Made by a program: the position numbers and the translations under genes
In this document: positions 9,159-19,352 of the stretch, piece by piece
Position numbering within the stretch: position 1 is the stretch's first letter
How the letters are laid out: every line of letters starts with the position of its first letter
From: Myxococcales bacterium
Lineage (GTDB): Bacteria; Myxococcota_A; UBA9042; UBA3505
Direction: 5' to 3'
Assembly (NCBI GenBank): GCA_002728755.1
Contig: PBVT01000035.1
Coordinates: 22,260 to 86,259, forward strand
Length of the DNA stretch: 64,000 nucleotides
The notes under the pieces: model-generated
What the model saw: only the letters and a program-made list of their open reading frames with translations
Told to the model about the DNA's origin: nothing
Databases searched by the model: none

Positions 9159-11900
9159 TCAAGGGCCTAATGGAACGGGTGGAGGCAAGGTGTCGATTAT
9201 ATCCCCTCCATCAAAGCGGGGCCGAAATGGACTTGCCTGTTGGAATTGTGCCCTGGTTATCTTCTTTCTTTCCAACATTCGACGGGCATATCGTTCCAAT
9301 CGATTACGCCAGCGTTCCGTTATCTGTCCTTCTCGCTTGGTGTCCTTCCAACGACTCGAGCGTGGCGACGGTACGATACTTACAAGAAAGAGGATGTCGG
9401 CCAGATTCAACTCCTCCGGGTATTTATCAAAGTAATGGCGTGCCGCGTGGCCCAGACCGTACACATCCGGTCCCCACTCAATAATATTGAAATAGATCTC
9501 TAGAACTCTTTCCTTTGGAACCCGTCGATTCAGCTCGTAGGTGATGATCGCTTCCTGGAGCTTCCTCGAAATCGTCTTTTCATGAGACAGAAACAGGTTT
9601 TTCACGGTCTGTTGCGTAATGGTTGAAGCTCCACGAACAAAGCGTCCTTTTTGTAGATTACGGATCAAACTACGGCGAATCGCTCTTCCGTAGAACCCAT
9701 CATGCTTGAAATAGCGGGCGTCTTCTGTGGTCGTGATGGCCGCAATCAATAGAGGTGGAATATCATCGTAGGGAACGAAATATGGATTCGTGGGGCCGAG
9801 TTCCAACTGTACCGTCTTGAGGGTCTCCTTTCGTGAATTGCCTTTGACCTTGCGACGCACTTTGAATTCATGGAGGAGCGGGCGGTCCAGAATATCGAGA
9901 CGAACTCGTGGCCCGAGGGATTCCACCTGAAAGCCATCCGAGCGTGGCCGGAAATCGAGTTTTAGCTTACGCAGATCCTTGGTTCGGAACTGCAACTCCA
10001 CATCCCCTCCGACCTTTCCAGCAAACTCTGCGGAAGGCCCCCGTCGATTCGGTCGCAGGGTAGACACCAATGCGTCTGGTATCGACAGAAAGAAGTCTTG
10101 GGCTGAGACCATATTCATTCCAAGGTTCAATTGAACCTGCGGGCTCTTTGGCACATCAGAGACCTTGAGAGACCAGCTAACGGGTTCAACCCCCAGGTCC
10201 AGAACACCATCTTGTATAATCAATCGGCCTTCCGTTCTGGCGTAATCCATTACCCCTCGCAAACCGAGCTCCTCGAAATACACCGGTTTCTCACTTACGG
10301 CCGGTACATTCAGGCTTGTATCAAGGATCGTCATACTCCCCTCGACCCTGGCGAAATCGTCGGTCGAAGAGACCAGTCCATCTACGTTGACCTTTTCCAG
10401 CGATGCGTTGGGCCCCAACACGATCCAGGTAGGCATGAACGCGCTATAGTTACTCAAGTTCAATGTGTGGACTTCCAGTTTGCCTTCTATCATCGGATCC
10501 GTCGGATGATTGGTGGCAGTCACAATCAGCTTCTCTGTCGCCTGGTCACTCGTTGCAGACTTGGAGCGCAGGTCGAGAACCACCTTTTGGACTCCCGAAG
10601 CCAAATGCTCCCGACAAATTTTGATATCGATCTGGGACAATACGAGGGGAGCTTCCTGTGTCACCGGCCCATCCAGGATATGTGCGTTCTGGACCTCAAT
10701 ACACGGAACATCCATCGCTCCGATGATCTTGTGTGGCAATCGCAGAAGGTGCTGAAAACGACTCGATAAATCTCCCATCTTAGAGATGACGACATTATGG
10801 ATGGCCGTGTTCCGGCCCGATCGAACCACAACGTTCGACTCTTCATCGTCAGGGTCTGCCACCGGGAAGTTTCGTAACATGGCTGGAAGCAACTCTTCCA
10901 AGGTGCGACGCACTGGTGCAGTAAGGCCACCATCGGCAGGGCCAGATACCGCTACATCACGCAAGGTAACGACCTCAAAATATTTCGAGAGCACCTCTCG
11001 AATCGACCGACCGGCCCGAACATCCTCGATAATTGTGCGAACGGACGTATCCTCCTTGGTACGCACATGAACCCGTGCCGCACGCATCGAAAGGCCCGGG
11101 TTACGAACCATTGCGTCCACCACCTCGACTTGTCCGTTTGGCTTACGATGTAGCCCAGCTACCGATACGGTTCGTCCGTCAAGCTCCACCTCAATCGCGG
11201 GATCCATCTTGAAATGAACATCCCAGCCCTCTTCTGCAGAGTTCCACGATGCGACCAGCTCAACTTCCCCTACACCCCCAAGTCGTGGATGGGCATATTC
11301 ATAATCACAAGCCAGAGTAATCTTGGGCCACCAGGCATCCGTTACCCTTGACTGGTCCTTAACGCGACCATTACAGGCTGACAACGTACCTGTCGGTACA
11401 ACCAGAGACATATTCTCTAGCACCAGGTCTGGTCGACGTCTGAGGTCGAGCTTGAACCCTCCAAAACGCATATATCGTCTTTTCTGCGACGGACCATCCG
11501 CCTTCTTTTCATCGCCGCTTCGATAGGAACGGACTACATCGCGAAGCTCTTGAATGTCAGGTATCTCCCAAACCGGATTACGGAGTAGAATCTGTCGAAT
11601 GGAAACGCGGCGTTCAAAGATCCCAAAATTTCCTAGAGAAACCCGTAAAAAGGGGAAAGACATTCGATTGGGAACAGCGTCGGGACCACGAAGTTCAAGA
11701 TCGTCTATGGTGACATCACCGGACCACGAAAGGGACAGATCACCGATGCTCGTATCAAATCCGAGCCCGGCCGCACGGCCGTGTAGAGAGCGGATTAATT
11801 TGCTCTCCATGCTCGCTCGCAAAGCAAACGCGAAGATCACAGCCCCAATCACAAGAAAGACGCCAAGTAATAACCAAGTCTTTCGTCCGAATCGTCTCAC
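9159..11900 (-). CDS. AsmA-like N-terminal region fused to a C-terminal GT51 peptidoglycan glycosyltransferase domain (no transpeptidase)
   Basis: The ORF tool start is TTG 11927. GTG 11900 is preceded by AGGAG 7 nt upstream and gives VRRFGRKTWLLLGVFLVIGAV (TM anchor). GT51 motifs occur at aa ~715-890 of the 922-aa ORF (nt ~9258..9785): EDARYFKHDG, GASTITQQ, RKLQEA, IIEWGPDVYGLGHAARHYF. The N-terminal ~700 aa is beta-rich with an AsmA-like start (GFDTSIGDLSLSWSGDVTIDDLELRG). Confidence 0.8.
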   Translation of the reverse strand: MRRFGRKTWLLLGVFLVIGAVIFAFALRASMESKLIRSLHGRAAGLGFDTSIGDLSLSWSGDVTIDDLELRGPDAVPNRMSFPFLRVSLGNFGIFERRVSIRQILLRNPVWEIPDIQELRDVVRSYRSGDEKKADGPSQKRRYMRFGGFKLDLRRRPDLVLENMSLVVPTGTLSACNGRVKDQSRVTDAWWPKITLACDYEYAHPRLGGVGEVELVASWNSAEEGWDVHFKMDPAIEVELDGRTVSVAGLHRKPNGQVEVVDAMVRNPGLSMRAARVHVRTKEDTSVRTIIEDVRAGRSIREVLSKYFEVVTLRDVAVSGPADGGLTAPVRRTLEELLPAMLRNFPVADPDDEESNVVVRSGRNTAIHNVVISKMGDLSSRFQHLLRLPHKIIGAMDVPCIEVQNAHILDGPVTQEAPLVLSQIDIKICREHLASGVQKVVLDLRSKSATSDQATEKLIVTATNHPTDPMIEGKLEVHTLNLSNYSAFMPTWIVLGPNASLEKVNVDGLVSSTDDFARVEGSMTILDTSLNVPAVSEKPVYFEELGLRGVMDYARTEGRLIIQDGVLDLGVEPVSWSLKVSDVPKSPQVQLNLGMNMVSAQDFFLSIPDALVSTLRPNRRGPSAEFAGKVGGDVELQFRTKDLRKLKLDFRPRSDGFQVESLGPRVRLDILDRPLLHEFKVRRKVKGNSRKETLKTVQLELGPTNPYFVPYDDIPPLLIAAITTTEDARYFKHDGFYGRAIRRSLIRNLQKGRFVRGASTITQQTVKNLFLSHEKTISRKLQEAIITYELNRRVPKERVLEIYFNIIEWGPDVYGLGHAARHYFDKYPEELNLADILFLVSIVPSPRSSRWKDTKREGQITERWRNRLERYARRMLERKKITRAQFQQASPFRPRFDGGDIIDTLPPPVPLGP

Positions 11901-12012
11901 ACAGGAACTCCTACCGATCGAACACAAGGTCCGCCCGTTCAGGATTCACAATAAAATCGTATCTATCACGACTATATATCGACGGTTCAAACGTGCTTTC
12001 GAGTCCCGACCA

Positions 12013-12534
12013 CTATGTTTTTTTCGAGTCGGTGTCCGACTTTGCCCCTGATGCCGGCTTCTGTTTGTCTGGCACCACCTCAGTGGGCTGTTTATCGTCA
12101 TCATCCGGTTTCTTCGGAGCCGTAGACGCGAGCTTCGCCATATTTCTCTGCGTTAGAAAATAGGTCCAATCTGCATCGGTGAGCTCTTTATGTATTTTTC
12201 GGAGCTTCTTGAGCAGTTGCTCGAGAGATGCCTGCAACATCATAGTCCGCTGGGCCATCTCCTCATTTTTCGTACCCACGCTGGAGAGAACCAGGTTTTG
12301 ACGTACCCGATCGATCTGATCGACATCTTGTTCCAGTCGGGAAATCATTCGGCTGATCTGCCCCCGATCGTCGGTAGTCTCCGCAGAGCGAACAACAGCC
12401 TGGTAATAATCGACAATGGGCTCCACATGGTTTGGCATAACCAGGCGCGCTGCCTGGATCGAGTCCATCGCGAGATCTTTTTCTCGGTTTTCGTGGGCCA
12501 GAGCTTCGAGCTGTCTGTTACTTGTTCCACCCAT
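12013..12534 (-). CDS. hypothetical protein (helical, Lys/Asp-rich tail)
   Basis: 173-aa ORF lying 17 nt downstream of hisD on the same strand. No family recognised. Confidence 0.55.
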   Translation of the reverse strand: MGGTSNRQLEALAHENREKDLAMDSIQAARLVMPNHVEPIVDYYQAVVRSAETTDDRGQISRMISRLEQDVDQIDRVRQNLVLSSVGTKNEEMAQRTMMLQASLEQLLKKLRKIHKELTDADWTYFLTQRNMAKLASTAPKKPDDDDKQPTEVVPDKQKPASGAKSDTDSKKT

Positions 12535-12551
12535 TCGCTTCGATCACTCGC

Positions 12552-13898
12552 TCAGCTATTCTCGTCTCTCGACCGCATCTCCATACTCCGTGCGTGCCCT
12601 TCAAGTTTTTCGGAGCGTGCGAGGGTCGTTACCGTGGGGCTCAACTCGGCACTTTGTGCCTGATCCAACTCGATGACGCTCATTCGACGACAGAAGTCTG
12701 CAGTGCCCAGAACACTCGCATACCGGGCTGTGCCAGATGTGGGTAGAACATGGTCGGGACCTGCCGCATAATCACCAACCGCTTCAGGAGACCACGGCCC
12801 CATGAAGATCGCACCGGCAGCATATACCTCATGGGAAAGCTCTTCGGCACCGTCTACAAGCAGTTCCAGGTGTTCTGGTGCTATTTGATTCAGTATCGAT
12901 GACCACTGATCACGCTCCGGTACAATCAGGGCGACACCTTGTTCCGAGATTGACTGCGTCGCAATGTCTTTACGTGGCAGGTCCTCGAGCTGTACGCGCA
13001 CTTCCTCTACAATCTGCTCCAAGAATTCAGAGTCCGGCACGAGCACCATCGGCACTGCACAAGGATCGTGCTCGGCCTGGGCGATTAAGTCTGCAGCAGC
13101 GTATCCAATATGATCCTGCTGATCACATACGATAAGTACCTCGCTGGGACCCGCGATCATATCGATACCAACCGCACCGAAAACCTGTCTTTTGGCTTCC
13201 GCCACATATCGATTTCCGGGGCCTACGATCTTGTCCACTCGAGGAATGCTGTCCGTTCCAAACGCCATGGCCGCAATCGCTGGAACACCGCCTACCGAAA
13301 ATAAGCGGTCGACCCCCGCAATGGCTGCAGCCGCCAGAACAGCCTCCGGAACGACACCGCGAGGTGCAGGGGTCACCATAATGACTTCCTCAACACCGGC
13401 AACACGCGCGGGTACCACATTCATTAGTACGGAGGAGACATACGCTGCACGACCTCCAGGGACATAAACCCCAACACGCTGGATTGGAACAATCCGCTGT
13501 CGAATCCCAGCATCCGGTCCCATCGGGTGGCATCCCACCGGCGCAACACCCTCGTGGTATTTTTCAATGCGCTCATGGGCCAACTCTAGTGCCAACACAA
13601 CATCGGGATCCGCCTGCTCGACAGCCGCCCAGATCCGTTCCGTTGGCACTTCCATCGTATCCTGTCGCGGACGATACCCGTCCAGCTTTGCGCACCAATC
13701 GAAGATTGCCTCATCACCCCGTGCGGCGACATCTTTAATGATCTCGTTCACATCGCCAGTTATGTCCGAGTCTACGAGACTAGAACGACGAGCAGAGACG
13801 AAGTCCGTCAGACGAGCACTGAATTCTGGAGTGGAGGAATCGAAAATATTCGCAAACATCATTATACCAACTCTTCGGCCGCGCAGGCGGTTGAACAT
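12552..13898 (-). CDS. hisD: histidinol dehydrogenase
   Basis: Length and motifs match: [38 protein letters not shown]. The true start may be one of the internal Met codons (MMFANIF...). Confidence 0.93.
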   Translation of the reverse strand: MFNRLRGRRVGIMMFANIFDSSTPEFSARLTDFVSARRSSLVDSDITGDVNEIIKDVAARGDEAIFDWCAKLDGYRPRQDTMEVPTERIWAAVEQADPDVVLALELAHERIEKYHEGVAPVGCHPMGPDAGIRQRIVPIQRVGVYVPGGRAAYVSSVLMNVVPARVAGVEEVIMVTPAPRGVVPEAVLAAAAIAGVDRLFSVGGVPAIAAMAFGTDSIPRVDKIVGPGNRYVAEAKRQVFGAVGIDMIAGPSEVLIVCDQQDHIGYAAADLIAQAEHDPCAVPMVLVPDSEFLEQIVEEVRVQLEDLPRKDIATQSISEQGVALIVPERDQWSSILNQIAPEHLELLVDGAEELSHEVYAAGAIFMGPWSPEAVGDYAAGPDHVLPTSGTARYASVLGTADFCRRMSVIELDQAQSAELSPTVTTLARSEKLEGHARSMEMRSRDENS

Positions 13899-14067
13899 AC
13901 GGTCATCCGGGCCTATGAGGCAAGCAGTTCGAAAAAGACAGTCTCACGAATTTCAGTAAAACGAGGGGCTTCGAGGACGATTCATCAGTTCAACCTATAT
14001 GATTGAGAAGAATAAGGATCCGGCCTGAACCGTTGACATTCGATAGAAAGTAGTCCAATGAACCGCA

Positions 14068-14727
14068 ATGTTTCGATTCCTTATATACACATTCGCCCTC
14101 TGTACGGCTCTTATCCCATTCCCAGCTTCGGCTAACACGGGTGGTGCTCTGGTTGATCAGATTCAGGCCTTCTATGATCGCACTCCAACCCTGGATGCCG
14201 ATTTTGAGCAGAAGACGGTGCGCGCTCGACTCAACCGCACCAAGCTACGCTCTGGACGCGTGCGAGTCCTACGCCCCAATCGGATTCGTTGGGATTATAC
14301 CGCCCCGACACCAGTACATTATGTAGCGGATGGTCAGCATCTCTGGGTATACCAACCTGCCGATGCGTTGGCCTATCGTATGAACATCAAAGATTCGAAG
14401 CTGGATGAAGCGGTTCGGTTTCTGGCAGGAAGCGCGCCGATTACGCAGCAGTTCAATGTTCGTAATATCGACGCCCAGAAAGGGTATGAACAATGGTCCT
14501 TCGTCGAACTGACTCCCAAGGGAGAGTCAACGACGATCCACCGCCTTCTACTCGGGGTCGATCCTAAGACAGGACGTGTTCATGTATCGATCCTGGAAGA
14601 TCCGGACGGGAACTCCGTATATACGAAATATTCGAATTTTCGATCCGCGCCGCCCGCTGCTAAAGCGTTCGTATTCACCGCCCCCAAAGGGGTTCGGGTT
14701 GAACAGTTGGGCCCAAACCAGCCATAA
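14068..14727 (+). CDS. lolA: outer-membrane lipoprotein carrier protein LolA
   Basis: Signal peptide MFRFLIYTFALCTALIPFPASA. LolA-family pattern LDADFEQK...GRVRVLRPNRIRWDY..P....VADGQHLWVYQP. Confidence 0.8.
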   Translation: MFRFLIYTFALCTALIPFPASANTGGALVDQIQAFYDRTPTLDADFEQKTVRARLNRTKLRSGRVRVLRPNRIRWDYTAPTPVHYVADGQHLWVYQPADALAYRMNIKDSKLDEAVRFLAGSAPITQQFNVRNIDAQKGYEQWSFVELTPKGESTTIHRLLLGVDPKTGRVHVSILEDPDGNSVYTKYSNFRSAPPAAKAFVFTAPKGVRVEQLGPNQP

Positions 14728-14767
14728 TTGGCTCCTTGTTTTGCCATAGGCTCTAGACTGGACCTTC

Positions 14768-16192
14768 ATGAACGACTCCAAACCCATACGCGTACACCTG
14801 GAAACTCTCGGCTGTCCGAAAAACCAGGTCGATAGCGAGCTCATACTCGGCGCCTTCCAACACGCCGATCATGAAATTGTCGCAAACCCCGACGACGCCG
14901 ACGTCCTGGTGGTGAATACATGTGGTTTCATCGGCGAAGCACGCCAAGCCAGCATCGACGCCATCCTGGAGCTGGCCGAACACAAAAAGAACAGCCCTTC
15001 AACCCGTCTCATCGTTACGGGTTGTCTGAGTCAAACCTTCGCCCCAGACCTCGCGGAAGCTATACCAGAGGTCGATCTCTTTCTGGGCAGTGGGGATGCG
15101 AAGAATGCCAACGCGTGGCTCGATCAGCTACCAACCGACACAGATCACGCACCACCACGTATTCAAGTGGGACGCGCCGGAACGCTCTACGATCCCGATA
15201 CCCCTCGTATAAAGATGGGACCAACCCACTCCGCCTATGTAAAACTGGCGGAGGGCTGCAGCCAGAAATGTTCCTTTTGCATCATTCCAAGGCTTCGTGG
15301 AAAGGCCAAGAGCCGTACCATCGACACCATTGTCGCGGAGGTTGAAGGCCTGGCACAAAGCGGTGTCCGAGAATTCAATCTCATTGCCCAGGATCTGACC
15401 CATTATGGCAACGACCAGAAGGACGATGGCCAAACAAGTTTGGCGCATCTATTAGACCGGCTTGTGGCCATCCCCGATGTCCGTTGGCTTCGTCTTATGT
15501 ACTGCTATCCGCACGGTATCGGTCCAGAACTGCTTGAGCATCTCAAACCGGGAGGCAAGGTTGTTCCCTATATGGATATGCCGTTGCAACATATCGACAA
15601 CGATGTGCTCAACGCTATGCAGCGACGTTTTTCCGAACAGGAAACCCGCGCATTGCTTGATGAAATTCGCGAAGCCGACCCTACCATCTTCCTACGGACA
15701 ACATTTCTTGTAGGATTCCCGGGCGAGACAATCGCGCAGTCCAATCGGCTGAAAACATTTGCGGCTGAATTTGGATTCGATCACGCAGGTGCATTCGCGT
15801 ACTCCTACGAAGACCTGACCCCGAGCGGTAAACGCTCCGATCAGATCACGGATCGAACCCGTCAGCGGCGAGCTGATCGCCTTGGAGAGGTCTTGCGTGA
15901 TGGCTCCGAGCGACGAGCACACCAGCGTATGGGTGAGTTCCATGAGGCCGTCATCGAGTCCGTATCCGAACAACCCGGGTTATACCTTGGACGACATTGG
16001 GGACAAGCCCCCGAAATTGATGGGTGCACCTATCTCCACTGGGATGGACCTGCGTTGGAGCCGGGTACTTTCGTTCGTGTGGAATTTGTCAGCGTTTCGG
16101 AGCTAGACATGGTGGCGCAAGTGCATGAAGTGCTCGAGCGGCCGAAAGCCAGGGAACAACAGTTGTCCGTGTTTCCAATGATGTCGGAGTGA
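14768..16192 (+). CDS. rimO: ribosomal protein S12 methylthiotransferase RimO (radical SAM, TRAM domain)
   Basis: N-terminal LETLGCPKNQVDSE, radical-SAM CSQKCSFC (CxxxCxxC) and a C-terminal TRAM-like segment. Confidence 0.9.
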   Translation: MNDSKPIRVHLETLGCPKNQVDSELILGAFQHADHEIVANPDDADVLVVNTCGFIGEARQASIDAILELAEHKKNSPSTRLIVTGCLSQTFAPDLAEAIPEVDLFLGSGDAKNANAWLDQLPTDTDHAPPRIQVGRAGTLYDPDTPRIKMGPTHSAYVKLAEGCSQKCSFCIIPRLRGKAKSRTIDTIVAEVEGLAQSGVREFNLIAQDLTHYGNDQKDDGQTSLAHLLDRLVAIPDVRWLRLMYCYPHGIGPELLEHLKPGGKVVPYMDMPLQHIDNDVLNAMQRRFSEQETRALLDEIREADPTIFLRTTFLVGFPGETIAQSNRLKTFAAEFGFDHAGAFAYSYEDLTPSGKRSDQITDRTRQRRADRLGEVLRDGSERRAHQRMGEFHEAVIESVSEQPGLYLGRHWGQAPEIDGCTYLHWDGPALEPGTFVRVEFVSVSELDMVAQVHEVLERPKAREQQLSVFPMMSE

Positions 16193-16194
16193 CC

Positions 16195-17784
16195 TTATCG
16201 GGTCTTCAGAGCATGTCTCTGTAATCCACCCACGAGGGTTAAACGAACCCCGGGTGGAAGTGGTACATCGGCAAAGCGCTCGGCCAGGACATCGATTAGG
16301 GCCGGCAGTTTCCGGCTATGGGTAGCCAGGGCCACAATAAGACCCAGGACACGCCTCTCATAACGCGGTAATCGCGATGAAACGGATGCGAGCCTTCGCA
16401 ATGCGTCTTTGCGCACCTCGTCCGAGCGTTCCAGCGCGATCTTGGTATAGCGCCACACGGCATCACGATAGCTGGGATCACTTCCGATGATATCAGAGTA
16501 TAGAGTCATTGCAGATACGGTATCGGCTTCAAGCTCTGCTAAGCGTGCGCGCAGGTAGGGATCGCCCAGGCACCCATCACAATGTGCCCCATAGAGATAT
16601 AATAATTCTTTAGCTTTTGCCGGGTTCTCGTCGGCAATTGCGAGCTCGCTTGCATATGCCAGAATCTCCGGAGCTACCCGGCGAAGAGCCGCGGGTTCGC
16701 CCAACTTGGTGAGCAGCTCTCCTGCGATCTCGTTCTGGGCGTTGAATAACAGCCCCAACAACCTGGTCCGCTCTCGCTGATGGTCAGGAAGACTCTGTTT
16801 CGCGCTCAGTGCTAACACAGCCTCGACCAGAGTCGTAAGCGACGCGGCATCTTCAAGTTCAGGGTAACGCTTGGCGATCACTTCCAGATCGCTTTTTGCC
16901 AACATCAGTCGCTGTACTGTGCCGCTGGTATCAGTTGTTCTCGATTGTTCCATTAATAGGCGCGCACGGAGGAGACGTGCCAACAAATGGTTCGGATAGA
17001 GGGTTATCGCCGTTCCAAGATCGGTCAGGTCTGATTCGGTAATATCACCGCCGTCTTCCTGTCGCTTTAGAGTACGACATGCCGCTCGTACATAATACGC
17101 ATTCGCCTTAACCACGTTCTTACCGTCGAAGGGCTCGGGAAGACTCTCCAACTGCGGGTTTACCCTGGCAAATGTCTGCGCCAGTTTCTCCTGACAACTC
17201 GTCACATCATGACGCACCAACGCATTCATGGCTTGCATGAGTGTACGTTCCGCAGCCCTCTTGCTCGCCCATGTCTTGGCGACAGCGCTTTGTCGGACTC
17301 CGCTGCGGGCGCCCCGATACTCCACCACGCGCAACGTTCCACGCGACGGACGAAGAACAAGACGTTCGTGTACCTGACCGGAGGAGAATGTTCCTTGAAG
17401 AAAGAGATCATGCTGCTGACGCGTAAGGTTCAGTACCAGCTCATTCCGTATATGGGTCTCATATTGGACGTCCGAGATGATGACTTTCGACGACGCCAGA
17501 TAATCCCACCGATCCAGGGCCACAAGATCGAGAAATATGCCGGGATCGTCCGACAAACGTAACAATCGCGCTGGAGACGGCGACTCCCAGGCCTTCTTAT
17601 AGTCCTGTAAGAATCGGTCCATCGCCGGCCCAAAGGTTCGCGCCGAAGCCGAGGACATCGTGCCCACTATAAGCAGTAGCACCGCGATACCGGAGAACAG
17701 CCCACGCCACAACCAATCTTCAATAGAATACCGCATCATGATGATCCGAACGATACTAGTCACACCCTCGCAGAGCAACCTCAT
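16195..17784 (-). CDS. hypothetical membrane-anchored helical-repeat (TPR-like) protein
   Basis: 529-aa ORF with one N-terminal hydrophobic helix and a long alpha-helical-looking remainder. Its start overlaps the stop of the upstream polytopic membrane protein gene (ATGA at 17781-17784). Confidence 0.6.
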   Translation of the reverse strand: MRLLCEGVTSIVRIIMMRYSIEDWLWRGLFSGIAVLLLIVGTMSSASARTFGPAMDRFLQDYKKAWESPSPARLLRLSDDPGIFLDLVALDRWDYLASSKVIISDVQYETHIRNELVLNLTRQQHDLFLQGTFSSGQVHERLVLRPSRGTLRVVEYRGARSGVRQSAVAKTWASKRAAERTLMQAMNALVRHDVTSCQEKLAQTFARVNPQLESLPEPFDGKNVVKANAYYVRAACRTLKRQEDGGDITESDLTDLGTAITLYPNHLLARLLRARLLMEQSRTTDTSGTVQRLMLAKSDLEVIAKRYPELEDAASLTTLVEAVLALSAKQSLPDHQRERTRLLGLLFNAQNEIAGELLTKLGEPAALRRVAPEILAYASELAIADENPAKAKELLYLYGAHCDGCLGDPYLRARLAELEADTVSAMTLYSDIIGSDPSYRDAVWRYTKIALERSDEVRKDALRRLASVSSRLPRYERRVLGLIVALATHSRKLPALIDVLAERFADVPLPPGVRLTLVGGLQRHALKTR

Positions 17785-19136
17785 CCATGAAAAGGCCGAC
17801 TCTCCGTTGGTGTAGCTCCACTGGATTCTAGATGATCTTTCGTCTGTACAGCATGGGTCGCTATCTGGAAGGCGAGCAGGAGGAGCCCAGCTGTAGCCCA
17901 GATCCGAAAACTTCTAACGTTGGGCGTAGGACCACGACGCACGTACACAACCATACAACCCACCATAGAAAATACGGAGAGAACCAGGCCGACCAGGCTC
18001 GCGCCATATACAAATACGAACAATCGCCCAATTAGGAAAAACCCCAGTAGGCCAATGATCGCCGCTGTCGCCCAACGTTGCTTTTGCACTTCATGTAGGC
18101 CAGCAAGAAACCCGCCGACGGCAAATATGGAGAAGGGTACAGCATACGCCACCATATTTTGCGTGGTCCAACTCAGAACACAGCTCATAAAAGCAATTCC
18201 AAGCAAGGCCCATTGCGATTTCGCGATGTTCGCCCGCTGGCGTAGGGACACGGCAATCAAACATAGAAGAAGTGTTAAAATCGCAGCATATTCTGGTGCA
18301 TGCACCAAACGCTCGAGGGAAAACACCTCAAACCGTGATTCGCCAGCGAAATACATCGCTGGTGCCGAAAACCCAGTCTGTAGATGCTCGGACACAAAGC
18401 CCAGACTTCTCGGGCCATAGGGATTGATCACCAGAGCAATTAGTACTCCAAAGAGGGTCCAATACAATCCTCGTACGAACTGAGGATCCAGGCGCCTCTC
18501 TCCCGGACGAAGCATACTTGCTCCCAGACCGGCAAAAACCAGGACCGCCGCAAGAAACGCTCCGTGATACGTGAGCATCAACAAGAAGATGATTAGACCC
18601 GCGATTGCAGGTCGACGCTTCCAGAAAAGAAGGTACGCCCAGGCCATCAAGCCCAAAGCCATCGGGGTTTCACCCGCGAGCTGTAGAGATCGTTCCAGTA
18701 CGTCCGGTACCGCTAGCGGGATTGAGGCCAAAACCGCAGGCCATGGACTGCCGATCCGTCCAAGGAGAACATAAAGCCCAAGAATGGAGAGCATCGCGAA
18801 CCAGATCGCGGCAAGCTGCATCGCCTCCTCCTCTCCGCCGACAAGCCTCGCAAGATCTGTGAAGGGGGCAATAAAGAGATGGTATCCGTAATCATGGTCA
18901 ACGGAATGACTCTTTCCTGGTGCTTTAAAAGGTAAGTGGAGGTTTGGAGCAGGTGTCCAATCCCCAGCCGAGATACTCTCTGCCATTTGGTAATGGTATC
19001 GACTCTCCGGGCTCACCTGTTGATCCGAGGCCGCCCGAAACATCCAGGCCATTACCCCCATCATGAGAAAACCCAGAACCACAATTGGCAAGATACGCAT
19101 TCCGGCAGCATCGAACATCCGTCGAGCTTCCGTCAA
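17781..19136 (-). CDS. polytopic inner-membrane protein (about 10 TM helices), function unknown
   Basis: 451-aa ORF dominated by hydrophobic helices. No family recognised with confidence. Confidence 0.65.
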   Translation of the reverse strand: MTEARRMFDAAGMRILPIVVLGFLMMGVMAWMFRAASDQQVSPESRYHYQMAESISAGDWTPAPNLHLPFKAPGKSHSVDHDYGYHLFIAPFTDLARLVGGEEEAMQLAAIWFAMLSILGLYVLLGRIGSPWPAVLASIPLAVPDVLERSLQLAGETPMALGLMAWAYLLFWKRRPAIAGLIIFLLMLTYHGAFLAAVLVFAGLGASMLRPGERRLDPQFVRGLYWTLFGVLIALVINPYGPRSLGFVSEHLQTGFSAPAMYFAGESRFEVFSLERLVHAPEYAAILTLLLCLIAVSLRQRANIAKSQWALLGIAFMSCVLSWTTQNMVAYAVPFSIFAVGGFLAGLHEVQKQRWATAAIIGLLGFFLIGRLFVFVYGASLVGLVLSVFSMVGCMVVYVRRGPTPNVRSFRIWATAGLLLLAFQIATHAVQTKDHLESSGATPTESRPFHG

Positions 19137-19226
19137 GACCTGGAAACTCTCGAACGAATCGTCTACCTATTCGCGTTTCCGGAACAAAACGAGAGATGCA
19201 ATTCGAAGGTAGACAAATCGGAGCTA

Positions 19227-19255
19227 AAAAGCTAGAAGCCCCGCTTCTAGCTTTT
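19227..19255. promoter_or_regulatory. perfect 13-bp inverted repeat (AAAAGCTAGAAGC-CCC-GCTTCTAGCTTTT) in a divergent intergenic region
   Basis: Read directly from the sequence: arms 19227-19239 and 19243-19255 with a 3-nt loop. It has terminator-like geometry (A-tract/T-tract) but sits between two diverging gene starts (19136 minus, 19353 plus). Confidence 0.5.
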
Positions 19256-19352
19256 AGGGTCCAATGATGGATCGTCAGCGGCCGAATTTATGAGAATTCC
19301 AGTATGAGCCCAACAAAGGATGCAATGGCCTTGGGTAATGAAGAGGTAAAAC

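Noticed and set aside
10131-10769. Long antisense ORFs inside strong genes (this one; also 19780..20376, 22941..23498, 47079..47576, 47746..48246, 41677..42132)
   Set aside because: Each lies entirely or mostly opposite a CDS with clear family motifs. The translations are Arg/Ser/Pro-rich, as expected for antisense frames.
19137-19352. Moco riboswitch upstream of the molybdoenzyme operon
   Set aside because: I could recognise no multi-stem conserved core. Only the single perfect palindrome is present, and it is reported separately.
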